From the NCBI RefSeq assembly GCF_009914755.1, contig NC_060936.1: a stretch of 64,000 nt of DNA; one strand, given 5' to 3'. Origin of the DNA: the human T2T-CHM13v2.0 reference genome, Homo sapiens. Shown here piece after piece: positions 27,841 to 41,284 of the stretch; positions within the stretch are counted from its first letter, which is position 1; the number at the start of each line of letters is the position of its first letter. Under the pieces are notes generated by a model, which worked only from the letters and a program-made list of their open reading frames with translations, was not told the DNA's origin and did not search any database. A program made the translations under genes and the position numbers.

Positions 27841-28348
27841 TAAATGGTTTTTAACTTTGTTATGTTTGTGCCATAACCACTCCGAGTGGTCTAGTGAATC
27901 CTATGAATTCCTTTTCTAAATAATGTTTAAATGCATAAAATTTTGTAAAAACAGGATGACAAAAGAAGGCAACTGCTCAGGTACAGCTATCAAAATACTT
28001 AAAAATTTCAGAGCTTCTTTATCACTGTGTTGAAGAACAAGCTCTAGCGGAGGGCCTAAAACCACTGTTATTTTCAGACTACAGCAGTTCATAAACAATA
28101 TTTTGAGATGTCTGTAACAATTGTAATAAGATATAAATAAATCTGTGATTTCTGCTGGTGACAAAGTCACAGGTACAGCTGCCACTTCTGGGGCTTGTTG
28201 CCTTTCTTCTTAGTTAAAGAAACTGACAAATTTCAATTAGAGGTTAATAAAAATGCAGATGTAATTTTTTTTTCATCCACATTGATAGATCTCTTGGATT
28301 CTATGCATAGACCTTGGTGGTTCCCTGGGTCTCAGGTGAAGGGACTTG
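27841..28348. mobile_element. MER119-like hAT-Charlie element
   Basis: gtctagtgaatcctatgaattcc..aataatgtttaaatgcataaaa; aaatttcaattagaggttaataaaaatgcagatgtaatttttt. Confidence 0.7.
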
Positions 28349-29139
28349 AACTGAATGTGAGAGAATGTGTGTTCAGGTGTGCATTTCTGTGCATCGTGGC
28401 TATAAGCGCATTCTCAGCCATGGTGCTCACCTTGGATATTGTCTGCCACCTCAAAAATGATCCAAGACCTTTTTTAGTTACTGGTGTCATTTATTCATTT
28501 GTATTTCAAATACTGGGAAAGAAACACAAAAAAAGCTCACTTATGATTCCATCATTAAAAAAATATATAAACCAGGTGAGAATCACCTCTTTCTAACCAC
28601 CTTACCTCCTAAAGATCATCACTGTTAAGAACTGATGAATATAATGCATGATTTAAAAAGCAAAATAGATGTGTGTGAATGTGTGTGTGTGTGCACCCGC
28701 GCATCAAACATATATCTACAAGAATGAAGTGATATTGAACAAATTCATTTACTCTTGGCTTTTTGTCACTTAATATATGTTAGACTTGTTTCCAGATTAC
28801 ATTTTATTTTTTTAATGACTGCTTGATATTCTTTTGTATGATGCACCACAATTTATTGATATTTTCTAGTAAGTGCTTTTATTTGCCACCACACATAATG
28901 CTACAATGAGCATCCTGTATGCATGCTTTTCTGTATCCTTGCTAGTATTGTACAAAATAGATTCCTAGATGTGGAATAGTTAGGTCAAGGAGTATGTTTA
29001 CTTAAGATTTTAATATAGATTACAAATTACTGAAACAAAAAGGTATTTAATTTACATTTCAATAAGAATATCTATTTCCTAACTCTCCTACCAAAACTGG
29101 AGATATATACAATTATCCACCCATCAAATTGGCTAATAC

Positions 29140-29325
29140 ATATTTTAAAAATATATAACATATATATTTAAAATATAGTATATTTAAATCTATTTGCCAC
29201 TATATAACATACATTTATATTTTATATATTAACTATATAAATATTTAATTATAATTATAAATATTTAAATTTAGTATATATTCATATTTTATATATTAAG
29301 AATCAAATATATGTAAATACATATT
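29140..29325. repeat. AT-rich low-complexity tract
   Basis: Degenerate (TA)-derived sequence, almost no G/C. Confidence 0.85.
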
Positions 29326-29327
29326 CC

Positions 29328-29633
29328 CTTTTTTTTTTTTTTTTGAGATGGAGTCTTACATTGTCACCCAGGCAGGAGTCCAGTGGTGTGATCTCAGCTC
29401 ACTGCAACCTCCACCTTTCAGGTTCAAGCAATTCTCCTGCGTCAGCCTGCTGAGCAGGCTGAGTAGCTAGGGTTACAGGTGCCTGCCACCACACCCGGCT
29501 AATTTTTGTATTTCTAGTAGAGATGGGGTTTCACCATCTTGGCCAGGCTAGTCTTGAACTCCTGACCTTATGATCCACTCGCCTCGGCCTCCCAAAGTGC
29601 TGGGATTACAGGCGTGAGCCACTGTGCCCGGCC
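29328..29633 (-). mobile_element. Alu, AluS-type
   Basis: Full antisense dimer; small internal duplication ctgagcagg/ctgagtagc. Confidence 0.93.
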
Positions 29634-29911
29634 ATATTTGCCAGGTTGATGGGTGAAACTGTTAGCTTACTACTTGAATTAATTTACTTTCCCCTGATAA
29701 CTAGTGAAATTGGTAATTTCTTCATTACTTTATTGATCATTTATATTTCCTTTTCTGAGAATTGCCTCTGAATTTATAGTATTCATTAGTATTTATACCT
29801 GATATTAATCTTTAACATATTAATTAGTATATGTTATTTTTATATAGAAGATGACAACCCTTTATCAGTAGAGTATGTTACAAGCACTTTTTCCTAGTCT
29901 GTCTTTCTCCT

Positions 29912-29913
<2 letters not shown>

Positions 29914-29951
<38 letters not shown>
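29914..29951. repeat. (GT)19 microsatellite
   Basis: 38 bp of pure GT. Confidence 0.97.
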
Positions 29952-29956
<5 letters not shown>

Positions 29957-30847
29957 AAAACAGGTGGTCTCAATTATCCAAGGAGAACTGATACAAGAAT
30001 TCTATTTTAAGTAAGTCTGCTTTTAAAATGGACCAAAATGTCATAATAAATCTATTTTTCAATGCATTTACTCTTTACCTTGTAAAATAAAATGGAAAAC
30101 AAGGAATTAAGTTGATTTTGTCTTATATTAAGTTTAATTCTAAAACTTAGTTAATTGTTAAAACATGCAAATGCAACTATTTTAGTTTGACAATGAATAA
30201 GATATAGATCAAATTTGTATTGCAGCACTTTAAAAAGACTGACACAATATAAATGCTTTCCCAGTATAATCATTGCTACATGTTTTGCAATAATATGAGA
30301 GGGCTTTATTCTTTTGTCTAAGGTCCCGTATAGCAGTTGTTAACTGTCTGATCATTTGTTGGTGACTTTGTCAATGATAAAAACAATTCTCCACGATCAC
30401 TGCTATCAACTTGGTGACATCCTGAGATATTTATGAGAATTGTAACCTCACAAGTAAAACTTATATGAAATTTAAATTGCATTGTTTATTCACTATTTCC
30501 AACATTAGACCATCATTAATTCATTAACACAATGAGTTAAAATAGGTATTAATCACAGAAGTAGAGGGCTTAATATTTATTAGTGAGCATTTTTATATTA
30601 TGACCACTTAGACTTCTGCTGAAACTAAAGGATCTTCAGTAATGAATATTCGGAAAACTGCAACCCTTAGAGTAAAATCTATTCTTTTATAATTTTTTTT
30701 CCCATTGTGTCTTCTGGTGTCCCTGCCATGCTTAGTTTTTTTCCAGCCTGGTGATAATATTTTCATATTTATTTTTTCCAATAGTTTTATTGTTCTGCTC
30801 TTTATAATTAGATATTTACTTAATCTGGGATTAATCCGTGAAATATA

Positions 30848-30925
30848 TTAGGTTGGTGCAAAAGTTTTTGTGGTTTTTGCCATCACTTCAATGGCAAAAA
30901 TCGTAATTACTTTTGCACCAACTAA
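30848..30925. mobile_element. Made1 (Hsmar1-derived MITE), near full length
   Basis: ttaggttggtgcaaaagt...gccat cacttca atggc...acttttgcaccaactaa palindrome flanked by TA on both sides. Confidence 0.95.
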
Positions 30926-32895
30926 TAGTTCTCTAATCTTGTTAGAGGATTTTTATTAGAAGACTTTTGTTTGTTCATCCAAAGAATAACTTATATTACC
31001 AACATGCCTCAGTCCTTTGGATTTTATAGACCAGCAAAGTTTAAGTACTTGTAGAGCTGACATACAGTTGTCAGTCTTTAATTTATCCACCTAGGGGCTT
31101 CAAAACGAAAATATTTCCATCTACTAACCCCATCATTTTACACAAATGACACCAAAAAGTAAAATCTTAGAATAAAACAATTCAGATTTATTAAAACTTC
31201 ACTGTTTTAATCTTATCTCTCCTCTTTCACGGTAGATGGGTGAGAATCTGATCACAGAGCCAAACTAGTGTGGGGGCCAGTATTTGGGATCAGCTGCTTT
31301 AAATAATAACCAAACTCTCCCATGTCAATTAAATGCACACTCACTCATCCATAGCCAGGGAGTCCATTTCAACCCCTGCATCTTAGAGCAGAGAGATCCC
31401 CAACCAGAGTGGAGCGTCTGTTCTTATACATGGTAATGGCAATACTCCATCTTCTTTCACGTTGTAAAGATTCTGAAGCTCTTGAGCATGGTCACTTAAC
31501 TGGAAGAAATGAAAAGCTGAAATGGATAGGACTTGCCAAGAATCACGAAGACACTTTCAATAGAAAGCACCTAACACTGAGCACAGTTCACAAAACCCAA
31601 TTATGAACAATTGGTTGTGCTGAATGAGGTCAGTTGCACCATGATCTGATGAGATGAGTAGGTCATTAGATTGTCTAGTTGCTCAAATAAAGGCATCGGG
31701 TGAAAAGTTGCCATAAGAATCAGGTATTCTTAGTATTTATTGTTGTGCATATATTGTTGGATGACACATTGTTGAAAATTTGTATTTGGTGGTTTGTTTT
31801 TCTGTTCCTCCATTCACATTTACATAAATTATTTCACCCATACCCAGGAAGATTACATTAATACCATAATGAGATTTGAATGTCAGTGGACGTGTTCCTT
31901 TGTTTATCCCTGTGTCTGGCTGTGTAAGCTACTTATTTATATGGTAGTTCTCAATAGCACTTGTACTGCTATCATTTCATTCATCTCAAGTTCTGTGTTA
32001 TCCAAATAAAAATGAATCTCCACAGGCATCAGTTTGGGATTGTTGCCTTTGAAATATAATAGTAAACGGGCTGTCTCAGCATCTGTGGAGCTTAGCTCAT
32101 TCCATCACTTTCCAGAATTATAATTCCCCGATTGGAGTCTCAGAAATGTAGTGATGGGAGAAAACGGCTATGAGAAAAGAGACAACTGATCAGAGAATTC
32201 AGAGTGCTAGAAGATGAATTTTTATGTCTTTGCACCTTTTCTTTTCTCTGGACAGGTGTATTTTGCAGAAAAGTCATGTTTTTTAAAAGTTGCCTATATG
32301 AATTTCTATGTAGCAAATCACAGTAGTCTATTTACTTCTATAAAATTAAATGTATGTTTTTCAGGGGGAAAATATTGATCGCCACATATTAAAACTCATG
32401 CATGTATCACAATTGCATTTTAAGAGCAAAAAAAAAACCAAACTTTTTAAATAAAACATGAGGAATAAACCCAAGAAATAAATTACAGAATAGAAACACA
32501 AGGGAGCTTCAGTCATTTTTGCATTTGGAAGAAGCCTGAAATTTTAAAAGAAAAATAACAACACTATTGTACTGAACAGAACATGCCAGGGGCAGAACTG
32601 AACAACTGTCTTATGAAAGACATTTTTCATTTTTAACGAGAGTATGCCTGCGTGTACAAGATGACAAAATAATCAAGTGAAGAGTGAATAATTCTGCACA
32701 TCAACAGGTTGTTTCATGTTAAATTGATGCAATGCCAACCAGTTGGTTTGGCTATTTCCCCCTTTGGAATATTTGTCTAAACAAATACTCTTAAAGGAAG
32801 AAAGCAGCTGAGCTTCAGTAAAATAAGACCTCAACTTAGAGTCCAAAACCTATGGCCATTATTTCATTCCTTTTCATAGCTGAGTAGTATTCTAT

Positions 32896-32897
<2 letters not shown>

Positions 32898-32945
<48 letters not shown>
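32898..32945. repeat. (TA)24 microsatellite inside L1
   Basis: 48 bp of pure TA. Confidence 0.97.
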
Positions 32946-32953
<8 letters not shown>

Positions 32954-34112
32954 TGCCACAGTTTCTTTATCCACTCATTGACTGATGGGCATTTGGGCTG
33001 CTTCCATATTGTTGCAACTGTGAATTGTGCTGCTATAAACATGCATGTGGAAGTATCTTTTTTGTATAATTACTTCTTTTTCTCTGGGTGGATACCCAGT
33101 AGTGGGATAGGTGGATCAAATGGTAGTTCTATTTATAGTTTTTCAAGTAATCCCCACACCGTTTTCCATGGTGGTTGTACAAGCTTACATTTCCACCAGT
33201 AGTGTAAAAGTGTTTCTTTTTGACTGCATCCATGCCAACATCTATTATTTTTTGATTTTTTGATTATGGTCATTCTTGCAGGAGCAAGGCAGTATTGCAT
33301 TGTGGTTTTGATTTGTGTTTCCCTGATCATTAGTGATGTTGAGCATTTTTTCATACGTTTATTGGCCAGTTGCATATCTTCTTTTGCGAATTGTCTATTC
33401 ATGTCCTTATTCCACTTTTCAATGGGATTGTTTGTTACTTTATTGCTGATTTGTTTGAGTTTCTTGTGGAATCTGGATGTCAGTCCTTTGTCAGATATAT
33501 AGATTGCAAAGATTTTTCTCTCACTGTGGGTTGTCTGTTTACCTTGCTGATTGCTCGTTTTGCAGTGCAAAACCTTTTTAGTTTAATTAAGTCCCATCTA
33601 TTTGTTTTTGTTGCACTTGCTTTTGGGTTCTTGGCCATGAAGTCTTCACCTAAGCCAATGTCTAGAAGGGTCTTTCCAATGTTATCTTCTGGAATACTTA
33701 TGGTTTCAGGTCTTAGATTTAAGTCCTTGATCCATCTTGAGTTGATTTTTATATAAGGTGAGAGATGAAGATGCAGTTTGATTCTTCTACGTGTGCCTTG
33801 CCAATTATCCCAGCCATTTGTTGAATAAGGTGTCCTTTCCCCAGTTTATGTTTTTGTTTGCTTTGCTGAAGATCAGTTGGCTGTAAGTATTTGGGTTTAT
33901 TTCTGGATTCTCTATTCTGTTCCATTGGTCTATGTGCGTATTTTTATAACAGTACCATGCTGTTTTGATAACTATGCCCTTATAGGATAGTTTGAAGTAA
34001 GGTAATGTGATACCTCCAGACTCATTCTTTTTTCTTAGTCTTGCTTTGGCTATGCAGGCTCTTTTTGGTTCCATATGAATTTTAGGATTGTTTTTTCAAG
34101 TGAAAAATGATG

Positions 34113-34415
34113 GGCTGGGCGCGGTGGCTCACGCCTGTAATCCCAGCACTTTGGGAGGCCGAGGCAGGTGGATCACGAGGTCAGGAGATCAAGACCATCC
34201 TGGCTAACATGGGGAAACCCCGTCTCTACTAAAAATACAGAAAATTAGCCAGGCATGGTGGCGGGCACCTGTAGTCCCAGCTACTCGGGAGGCTGAGGCA
34301 GGAGAATGGCGTGAACCTGGGAGGCAGAGCTTGTAGTAAGCCAAGATCGGCCACTGCACTCCAGGCTGGGCGACAGAGCGAGACTCAGTCTCAAAACAAA
34401 TAAACAAAAAAAAAA
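34113..34415 (+). mobile_element. AluY-like inserted in L1
   Basis: gaccatcctggctaac, ggagaatggcgtgaacc; 15-bp TSD aagtgaaaaatgatg. Confidence 0.94.
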
Positions 34416-35651
34416 GTGAAAAATGATGAAGAATGTGAAGAATGATGGTGGTGTTTCGATGAGAATTGCATTGAATTTGTAGATTGTTTTGGGTAGTATT
34501 ATTTTCACAATATTGATTCTACCCTTACATGAGCATGGGATGTGTTTCCAGTTGTTTGTGTTGTCTATGATCCCTTTCAGCAGTGTTTTGTAGTTTTCCT
34601 TGTAGAGGTCTTTCACCTCCTTGGTTAGGCATATTACTAAGTATTTTATGTCTTTTTCAGCTGTTGTAAAAGAGGTAGAGTTCTTGATTTGATTCTCAGC
34701 TTGGTTGCTCCTGGTGTATAGCAGAGCTGCTGATTTGTGTACATTAATTTTGTATCCTGAAATTTTGCTGAATTCATTTATCATTTCTAGGAGCTTTTTG
34801 GAGGAGTCTTTAGGGTTTTCTAGGTATACGATCACATTATTAGCATTAGCAAACAGTGACAATTTGACTTCCTCTTTACCAATTTGGATGCTCTTTATTT
34901 TTCTGTTGTCTGATTGCTCTGGCTAGAACTTCCAGTACTATGTTGAATAGAAGTGGTGAGAGTAGGCATCCTGCAAGGAGACTCTTGATATATATGGAAC
35001 CTCAGCTTTCCCAGGCATGAGCCAAGAGTGTCTTTACACCAAAAAGAAAGCTTTGCTACCGCTAGTATAATTTGACAACCAAATAATTTTTAATCATTCA
35101 CTAATTCATGCAATAAAATATCCTTTGTTGCCTACCATGTGCTATATGCACATTAAGGCTCACTTATTTGTGAAGATGATATGCAGCAAATGTTAATATG
35201 ATATCATAAATACTATAACAGACTGGAGAAAAGTATGGGAGGAAGAAAGTTGGTTCATTCCTGAAAAGTCACATAGAGGCAGATATTTAATAAATGATAT
35301 TGGTAAAGATTAAAAAACAAAAGGATTCAGCTATAATGGAATCATCTCACCATCCCTGTATGTATATGTGCAATGCATGCATGTGTTTATGTGTGCATTT
35401 TTGCATTTTTTCTAATTTATTTGTCAACTTCATAATTTGGAAAGTCTTTTCTTGCATCTTGCTGCTCACTGACTTAACTCCCACATGAACGCTGATACTA
35501 GGTTACCAGTCACAAAAGGCAACACAGCAGCTAATGGAATCCTGTCTTTCAAAGATGTAACTAGTTTTGATGTGACTAATCTTGCTGTTCAGTCAAATAA
35601 AGCAGCTCTGTGCTGACTGTAATATTTAATTTATACAGTTTAGATGATTGC

Positions 35652-35947
35652 TTTTTTTTTCTTTTCAATACAGGGCTTCACTTTATCACCTAGGAGTGCA
35701 GTGGTATGATCACAGCTCACTGAATTGTCGACCTCCTGGCCTCAAACTATCCTTCCATCTTGGCATCCCAAGCAGCTGGGACTACATGCATGCACCAGCA
35801 TGCCTGGCTAATTAAAAAAAAAATTTCAGTAGGGACAGAATCTTGCTATGCTACCCAGGCTGGTCTCAAACTCCTGGGCTCAAGCAGTCCTCCTGCCTTG
35901 GCCTCCCAAAGTGCTGGGATTACAGGTGTGAGCCACTGTGCCTGGCC
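35652..35947 (-). mobile_element. Alu, AluJ-type
   Basis: Antisense dimer ending gagccactgtgcctggcc. Confidence 0.92.
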
Positions 35948-36989
35948 TACTGCCTTTCAATGTAAAGAAAAACTAAAATAAAATGAAATAAAAATCAGCC
36001 ATGGTATATAACCTGCACATGATCTGTGTTCCTATATTTTTATTGTCTGACATTCAGAATAAACCACAATCATCATCTCTCCAGATCCTCAGATCATAAT
36101 CACCTGGAATATTTGATTCTCTGGAAGATGTGAGAATTTCTCAGCTTATCTGCTCCTAAACAAATTTACTTGCTAAGGAGATTTCATAAGAAGCAATTTA
36201 ACTCTGGGCCTCTTAAGTTTATATAAAATGAAAGAAAGGCATTAGATCTCTGGGTTTGCTCCCTCCACTGACATCTGGTTTTGCCTTTTCAGCCATAGAG
36301 ATTCTAAAGGCAGTGCCCCATAGAAATGATTTAACTGTTCCATTGTATTGTTAGTGTCTGTAACTGCCCAATACCACAGGTTTGAGATCATGTGTGGTGT
36401 AAGTGGGCAGAGGGTAAATAGATTGAGTACCTGAATCACCAGAAAATTTTTCCAAAGTGTACATCACTTTTTACGCTCCTCCTCACCCCAATCAGTTGTA
36501 GAACTAGCAGTCAAATGGCCTAAAATGGCCTGTGGGTGTGTTCTAAATAGAGCTCAGGGCTTAAACCATTCCCATGTCGACATTACACATCTTGTCGAAA
36601 ATTGTGTTTATAGGGAGCACGAAGGAAGTCCAGGAATGGAAAAGATTAGCTGGGAATTTTTTAGTATAGATTTTTATCGTCAAACGGAGTTTTATTGACC
36701 ATTTACATAAGAACCATTAACAGCCAATCAGGAAACTTCTGAACCAACTTGAGCCACCTTACTTAGCAGTTAACTCAAGTTCCCTTATGAATGCAAAATA
36801 AGTAAGTTTCACATAAATATGCTGGTAATACATTGCATAAGGGTATCTGCTTGCCTTGTTATAAGCCACTGCTGAAGCCAAGAAACCAAATAAACTTGAT
36901 TAATGCTTGAGCATAATCATGCAGACATGTAAGATGGAAAACTATGATTCACAGATAAAGGAAAGGACTTACTGAGACTCATCAGCAGA

Positions 36990-39535
36990 GTCTTAGCCTA
37001 GGTTTCTCCAGAAGCAAATCCTGAGTCAACCTGGTGTGTAGGTTTAATTACTTTGGAAATGTGATCCCAGGGAGCAGGAATGAGGGCTAAGTGAAAGAAG
37101 GGAGGAAGAAACCTGATGAAAGGAAGGCTTCTCCAGTTGTCCATTGCTGTGGTTAGCTGATGCCTGTTGCTGCAGGATCTTTTCTTTTTTTAACTTTTAT
37201 TTTAAGTTCAGGGGTACATGTGCAGGTTTGTTACTGTAGGTAAATGTGTGTCATGGGAGTTTGTTGTACAGATTATTTCATCATCCACGTATTAAGCCTA
37301 GTACCCATTAGCTGTTTTTCCTGATCCTCTCCCTCCTCCCGCCCCCCACACTCTGACAGGCCCCAGTGTGTGTTGTTCCCCACTATGTGTCCATGTGTTC
37401 TCATCATTTAGTTCCAGCTTATAAGTGAGAACATGCGGTATTTGGTTTTCTGTTCCTGCAGTAGTTTTCTAAGGATAATGGCCTCCCAGCTCCATCCATG
37501 TCCCTGCAAAGGACATGATCTCACTCCTTTTTTATGGCTGCCTAGTATTCTATGGTACATATGTACCACATTTTCTTTATCCATTCTATCATTGATGGGC
37601 CTTTAGGTTGATTCCATGTCTTTGCTATTATGAATAATGCTGCAGTGAACACACATGTGCATGTGTCTTTATAATAGAATGGTTTATACTCCTTTGGGTA
37701 CATACCCAGTAATGGGATTTCTGGATCAAATGGTATTTCTGTCTTTAGGTCTTTGAGAATCACCACGCAGTCTTCTACAATGGCTGAACTCATTCACACT
37801 CCACCAACAATGTATAAGCGTTCCTTTTTCTCCACACCCTCACCAGCACCTGTTATTTTTTGACTTTTTAATAACAGCCATTCTGACTGCTGTGAAATGC
37901 TATCTTATTATGGTTTTGGTTTGCATTTCTCTAATAATCAGTGATGTTGTGCTTTTTTTCATATGATTGTTGGCCATATGTATGTCTTCTTTTGAAAAGT
38001 GTCAGCTCATGTCCTTTGCTCACTTTTAAATGGGGTTATTGGTTTTTTCTTATAAATTTGTTTAAGTTTCTTATAGATGCTAGTATCAGACTTTTGTCAG
38101 GTGCGTAGTTAGCAAAAAATTTTCTTCCATTCTGTGGTTTGTCTGTTACTCTGTTGATAGTTTCTTTTGCTGTGCAGAAGCTCTTCAGTTTACTTAGATC
38201 CCATTTGTCAATTTTTGCTTTAGTTGCAATTGCTTTTGGCATCTCCATCATAAGATATTTGCTTGTGCCTATGTCCTGAATAGTATTGCCTAGGTAGTAT
38301 TGCCAGGGTTTTTATAGTTTTGAGTTTTACATTTAAGTCTTTAATCCATCTTGAGTAATTTTTGTATTTGTTGTAAGGAAGGTGTCCAGTTTCAATCTTC
38401 TGCATATGGCTAGCCAGTTCTCCCGGCACCATTTATTGAATTCCCCATTGCTTGTTTTTGTCAGGTTTGTCAAAGATCAGATAGTAGGTGTGTGGTCTTA
38501 TTTCTGGGTTCTCTATTCTGTTCCTTTGGTTGATATGTCTGTTTTTGTACCAGTACCATGCTGTTTCGGTTACTGTACCCTGTAGTATAGTTTGAAGTTG
38601 GTAGCCTGATGCCTCGAGGTTTGTTCTTTTTGCTTAGGATTGCCATGGCTATTTGGGCTCTTTTTTGGTTTTACATTAATTTAAAAATAGTTTTTCTAGT
38701 TCCATGAAGAATTTCAATGGTAGTTTAATAGGAATAGCATTGAATCTATAAATAGCATTGGGCAGTATGGCCATTTTAACAATATTGATTCTTCCGATCC
38801 ATGAGCATGCAATATTTTTCCATTTGTTTACATCATCTCTGATTTCTTTGAGCAGTGTTTTGTAGTTCACCTGGTAGAGATCTTTCACCTCCATTGTTAT
38901 CTGTATCCATAGGTATTTTATTCTTTTTGTGGCAATTTTGAATGGGAGTTCATTCCTGATTTCGCTCTTGGTTTGACTGTTGCTGACATATAGGAATCCT
39001 AGTCATTTCTGCACATTGATTTTGTATGCTGAGACTTTGCTGAAGTTGTTATCAGCTTAAGAAGCTTTTGGGCTGAGACTCTGGGGTTTTCTAGATACAG
39101 GATCACATGGTCCACAAACAGGGATAGTTTGACTTCCTCTCTTTCTATTGGGATGCACTTTCTTTCTTTCTCTTGCCTGATTGCCCTGGCCAGGACTTCC
39201 AATGCTACGTTGAATAGGAGTGGTGAGAGAGGACATCCTTGTCTTGTGCCAGTTTTCAAGGGGAATGCTTCCAGCTTTGTTGCAGGATCTTTTGAGGAGG
39301 CTTAGCAGATGTGTTTGGGAGCTATCCATTGGATGATATAAGGGGAAGTGGTATTCACTGGCTCCCACCCCACAGTGATCAAGGGTATTAGATCCCCAGT
39401 ACTTTTGGATTGTGCAAGTGTGAGTGATGTGGACTCCCACAAACATCCAAAGCTGACTGTCAGAAAGTTGAGGTGAAGTATGCCAGCTTGCACCTGCTAA
39501 AGCTGGTCAAAACTTCATAGAACTGGTTGTCACAG
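36990..39535. mobile_element. Old LTR (family unresolved) split by L1PA
   Basis: gtcttagcctaggtttctccagaagcaaatcctgag..gtgatcccagggagc is an LTR-end-like motif; continues after the L1 TSD. Confidence 0.55.
37184..39280 (-). mobile_element. 5'-truncated L1PA (about PA10-PA13), 2.1 kb
   Basis: Intact 3' end with T tail; ORF2 motifs [23 protein letters not shown] and [18 protein letters not shown]; 13-bp TSD tgcaggatctttt (37171-37183, 39281-39293). Confidence 0.95.
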
Positions 39536-39744
39536 CTCTTATTAGATAAGAGGGTTGAAAGGATTTAAAGTCTGCCCAAGAATTTTCTGGTATATTGAAA
39601 AACATAACAGCTTTTGAAACTAAAACAAACAGAGGTTTTTCACAGTGAGGATATTCAGTACCCAAACCAATATTGGATATCCAAAGGAGGATCTTTAATA
39701 AATAGAAAGCTTGGGAAATGGATTTGAAGTAAAAAGAACAGGTC

Positions 39745-39900
39745 CTAAATCTTTCTGGCAATGTGAACCTGGACAAGTTACTTTCAATTTTGCTGAGCTT
39801 CAGTGTCCTGATCTTCAGAAACAGGGATAAATAATATCCTCCTCATGGAATTCTTGAGTGCTAAATGAGATATTGCAAGTCATAGCATGGTTAGCATTTT
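39745..39900 (+). mobile_element. MIR
   Basis: tgtgaacctggacaagttact..gagcttcagtgtcctgatct..gggataaataata. Confidence 0.7.
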
Positions 39901-40646
39901 GAAAAACGAGGACTTATCATGATAATTATTAGCAATCGATCAGAGACAGCACACAGGGCACTGTGGAGGGGCCCCTCCATTGTTAGGGGCTGTAGATTTC
40001 AGTTGGCCAGGACTAGAGGAGAGAAAGAGAACAAAGGTGGTAACAGCTGGTGGGAGCTAGTGGAAGAGATTTTTCTGGACCCTGGGGGACTACAGATTGT
40101 GCAGAACAATCAAAGCCAAGTTGGGGGTTGGCAGTCAGAGATCACACTGAGGCCAGAGGTCAAGTGTGGTTACCCCTGGTCAAAAGCTAGGAAATAGAAA
40201 CCTCAAGCTGGAGGTCAAATCCCTGCCAAGGGTCAAAGGCAGGCAAATGGTCATGCCAGTAGATGCACAGCTCCATTAGAGGCCTTCCTTGTCAGGAAGC
40301 TTATTGTGGATTCCCTGCTACCCTGAAACAATAGCTGATTTCCTAGGGGTGGTTAGCCAGGTTTCTGAGAGATCAAAGATGCATAGCCTTGCAAATGATC
40401 ATGCAGCAGTTAACAGAAAAGTTCTAACTGAAATGTCTTTATCATGTACTTATACCAAGAAGATATGTGCTATTCTCAAGGATGCGTACTACTTTGAGGA
40501 GTTCTTGTTTACAATGTTCAACTTCAAGGGGTGACTAATTTTTCTGATTTTGTTTGACTTGCCTGCATCTTTCTTCCCTGGTCCTATAAGTTGGTATTAT
40601 GGCATTGGTATTATGATCAGAAATCTCTTGAAATAAGCTCCCTTAG

Positions 40647-40966
<320 letters not shown>

Positions 40967-41284
40967 TGTGTTATGTCTTAAAATGTTTTACATTGTTCTA
41001 CCCTTTACCAATTCCAAACATCCATCCACTCATTCAACCATTCAGAGATGAAATTACTTATTCATTTAACCAGAAAATATTGAGTATGTATCTTCTACAT
41101 TACTGCCTCAAGGGATTGTCAGGGTAAACTGAGATAAAACACATAGGATATCTGGCAAATAGTACACACTCACTACAGGCTTAGTGCTGGCTTATGTACT
41201 TGTCTTTTATCATATGCTATATATCTTATAAAATGTTCCATACTTTTATTTCTCTATTAGACTAAGAGTTTACATGTGACATAT

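Larger units (their letters stand above)
28530..29910 (-). mobile_element. Old L1 (L1ME-like), interrupted by an AT-rich tract and an Alu
   Basis: ataatgctacaatgagcatcc; attcctagatgtggaatagttaggtcaagg; atttatatttccttttctgagaattgcc. Confidence 0.7.
32853..34971 (-). mobile_element. L1 (L1PB/L1MA-age) ORF2 3' half, no poly-A end visible, interrupted by AluY
   Basis: Minus ORFs with [63 protein letters not shown]; many frameshifts. Confidence 0.93.

Noticed and set aside
34940-39280. Two neighbouring L1s both ending at nearly the same ORF2 position
   Set aside because: Different subfamilies and endpoints about 40 bp apart; the second has its own TSD, so coincidence is sufficient.
32836-39446. 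ORFs with reverse-transcriptase-like motifs as an active RT system
   Set aside because: Frameshifted, truncated L1 ORF2 remnants with no 5'UTR, ORF1 or endonuclease.
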